Shown here: one piece after another, positions 16,195-17,977 of the stretch
How positions within the stretch are numbered: position 1 is the first letter of the stretch
How the letters are laid out: the number at the start of each line of letters is the position of its first letter
The notes under the pieces: model-generated
Told to the model about the DNA's origin: nothing
The model's database searches: none
What the model saw: the letters and a program-made list of their open reading frames with translations, nothing else
Program-made: the position numbers and the translations under genes
Assembly (NCBI GenBank): GCA_964607485.1
Contig: CAZSKP010000027.1
Coordinates: 48,050-66,026, forward strand
Reading direction: 5' to 3'
Source of the DNA: an uncultured bacterium
Lineage (GTDB): Bacteria; Abyssobacteria; SURF-5
Length of the DNA stretch: 17,977 nucleotides

Positions 16195-17977
16195 TTATCG
16201 CGCCCTTCGGTCGATTGTGATCGGGATGATAATAGAACCATCGAGCTCGAAATCCATGAATTCTTCTCGTTTCGACAGTACGCTGGCCCTTGTGATTCCC
16301 ATCGGTTCTCTGCCCATCGTCTGCGAGATGACGGAGAACACGGAGGAGGGCAGCGCGGGCATCTCCTCCCCCTCTATCACGATGCCCGGGTCGGCGACCA
16401 GGAGTCGTATGTCCATGCGGTTGCCCGGGTAGTCCTCGTCCACCAGCTCGACGAGCTTCTCTATGCTGGTCGGCTGAAAACTGAGCGGGCTGCGCATCCT
16501 CTCGAAGAAAGCGGTCTGAGAGGCCGCCGAGATCTGCAAATATGCCTGCCCCTCGGGAAAGTGCTCGGGAATCTGCAGCGTGAAGCGCTTCTCCATCGAA
16601 TCCTTCATGTACGGTTTCATGATGACTCGGACCTCGGTTTCTTCGCCGGGCCTGAGGGTGTCCTTGTGGATGCGCACGCCGGTAATCTGAGCCGACTCGA
16701 TCGCCTCCTGCACCTCGACGTCCATCGATATCGACTTAATCGTGAGCTCCTCGAACTGGTTGGCGAGAAGCCTCGTAAGGTCTCTAAACAAGCCCAGAGA
16801 GGTCAGCGTCGGGAAACCGCTGAGGCCGGAGATGAAGTCGTCGTTGCGGATGGTAGGGAAGCCGTCCAGCTCGATTTCATAATGAATTTTTGCGGTGAAC
16901 TCGCCACGGCTGCTGGCCGCCTGGCTGAACGAGCCGCCGAGGGCCATCCCGGCCATTGGAGGGAGCATTTGGCGACTGCGGACTATCTCGAAGTTGAAGG
17001 TTTGGACGGGGTCTTCGCCCACGCCTTTGACCCGAAGCGTCAGGGGCACCATTTTCGAGGCACTCCCCAGCACGCCCGCAACCCCGTTCCTTCTGTCCTG
17101 TGTCAGCGCGCCGACGGATTTTAACGACGAGCCTACCTTGGTGGAAACGGCCAGGCTGGGGAGAATCGTGTGCACGTATGCCGTCGTTATCGGAAAATCG
17201 ACGGAGCCGGCAAGCATGAACGGATGCCCGAAGGCGAGCACCTTTCCATCCTCCTTGACCGTCACGGTGCCGATGGCCGAGGCGCTCATGTCGCCCCTGA
17301 CAAGCTGCACGCCAATAGCCGCCCCCTCCTCGAACGGGGCGTCCGTGTCGGCCAGCTTCTCCGAAAACGAGCCGCCCACCACGGGGATGATTCCCCAGCC
17401 CTCGAGCTGAGGCCGGAAGAACTCGACCGCCTCCCTCGAGAATCCGGAGAACACCATGGGGGTCATGACGGGCTTCATCACCGCCGACTCCGACATCGTC
17501 GTCGGCAGAGCAACGCTCAGGCTCGCCCCGTGCGCCCAGCCGGCCGAGCCGGTTTCCTCCCGGCCAACCTTAGTCCCCGCGTCGGTCCGTTGCTGGAAGT
17601 CGAAGATGCGCAGCATTTCGTCGATGGGCGTGATGCCGGCGATCGGCTCTTTGGAGAAACTCCACGAGTAGGCGAGCGCGCCGATGATGCGGTCGTCCAT
17701 GTATATCGGGCTTCCGCTCATGCCCGCGATGACGTTGGCCTTGTCGATGGGTCCGCCCGAGATGCGCACCAGGATGAGGTTGCTGCGGGGGTCGGTACCG
17801 TAGAGGACGCTGATTACTTCCGCGTCGAACCTCTCGATCTTCGTCCCGGAAAACACGGTCAGCCCGTACCCCTTCATTCCGGGCTTGACCTCGTCGATGA
17901 ACATGTACTTCTGGCTCTTCGGCGACGCGGCCTCCGCTTGTGCGGCCTCGGCGGACGCGGACGCACAGGTGAACAAG
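16195..17977 (-). CDS. SpoIVB/peptidase S55-like serine peptidase domain protein; 5' end probably just outside the window
   Basis: TVFSGTKIERFDAEV...IAGMSGSPIYMDDRIIGAL (SpoIVB catalytic-Ser region) and SAIGTVT...LAFGHPF (His region). The frame is open to the window edge and begins in what looks like a signal-peptide tail. Confidence 0.85.
   Translation of the reverse strand, partial: LFTCASASAEAAQAEAASPKSQKYMFIDEVKPGMKGYGLTVFSGTKIERFDAEVISVLYGTDPRSNLILVRISGGPIDKANVIAGMSGSPIYMDDRIIGALAYSWSFSKEPIAGITPIDEMLRIFDFQQRTDAGTKVGREETGSAGWAHGASLSVALPTTMSESAVMKPVMTPMVFSGFSREAVEFFRPQLEGWGIIPVVGGSFSEKLADTDAPFEEGAAIGVQLVRGDMSASAIGTVTVKEDGKVLAFGHPFMLAGSVDFPITTAYVHTILPSLAVSTKVGSSLKSVGALTQDRRNGVAGVLGSASKMVPLTLRVKGVGEDPVQTFNFEIVRSRQMLPPMAGMALGGSFSQAASSRGEFTAKIHYEIELDGFPTIRNDDFISGLSGFPTLTSLGLFRDLTRLLANQFEELTIKSISMDVEVQEAIESAQITGVRIHKDTLRPGEETEVRVIMKPYMKDSMEKRFTLQIPEHFPEGQAYLQISAASQTAFFERMRSPLSFQPTSIEKLVELVDEDYPGNRMDIRLLVADPGIVIEGEEMPALPSSVFSVISQTMGREPMGITRASVLSKREEFMDFELDGSIIIPITIDRRAR

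Noticed and set aside
14310..17671. Long plus-strand ORFs (590 aa, 397 aa and others)
   Set aside because: Antisense shadows of the propeller and S55 genes, with no motifs of their own.

Overview
GC-rich bacterial chromosomal window, probably from a diderm (it encodes an outer-membrane barrel and a LolA-like protein). No integrase, transposase, CRISPR array, rRNA or tRNA is visible. Minus strand, in order of increasing coordinate: the 5' part of an ApgM-type cofactor-independent phosphoglycerate mutase (absent from the ORF track); a structured intergenic region ending in a terminator-like hairpin; rpsA with a near-consensus sigma70 promoter and a repetitive acidic tail; a probable four-gene operon (transcribed OM beta-barrel > LolA-like protein > stand-alone V4R protein > sensorless class III adenylate cyclase); and an autoregulated TetR + acyltransferase-3 (OpgC/MdoC-like) pair. 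A cluster of three GTAG-type REP palindromes follows. Plus strand: a copper operon csoR-rseC-like-copA, where CopA has three metal-binding domains. Converging on it from the minus strand is an operon transcribed as SpoIVB/S55-like peptidase (apparently circularly permuted) > secreted beta-propeller/Ig protein > REC-HisKA protein lacking an ATPase domain. The best candidates for undescribed systems are the split V4R/adenylate cyclase module behind an envelope uptake pair, the RseC homolog inside a CsoR/CopA operon, and the S55/propeller/REC-HisKA operon. All family calls come from motif recognition, not database searches.
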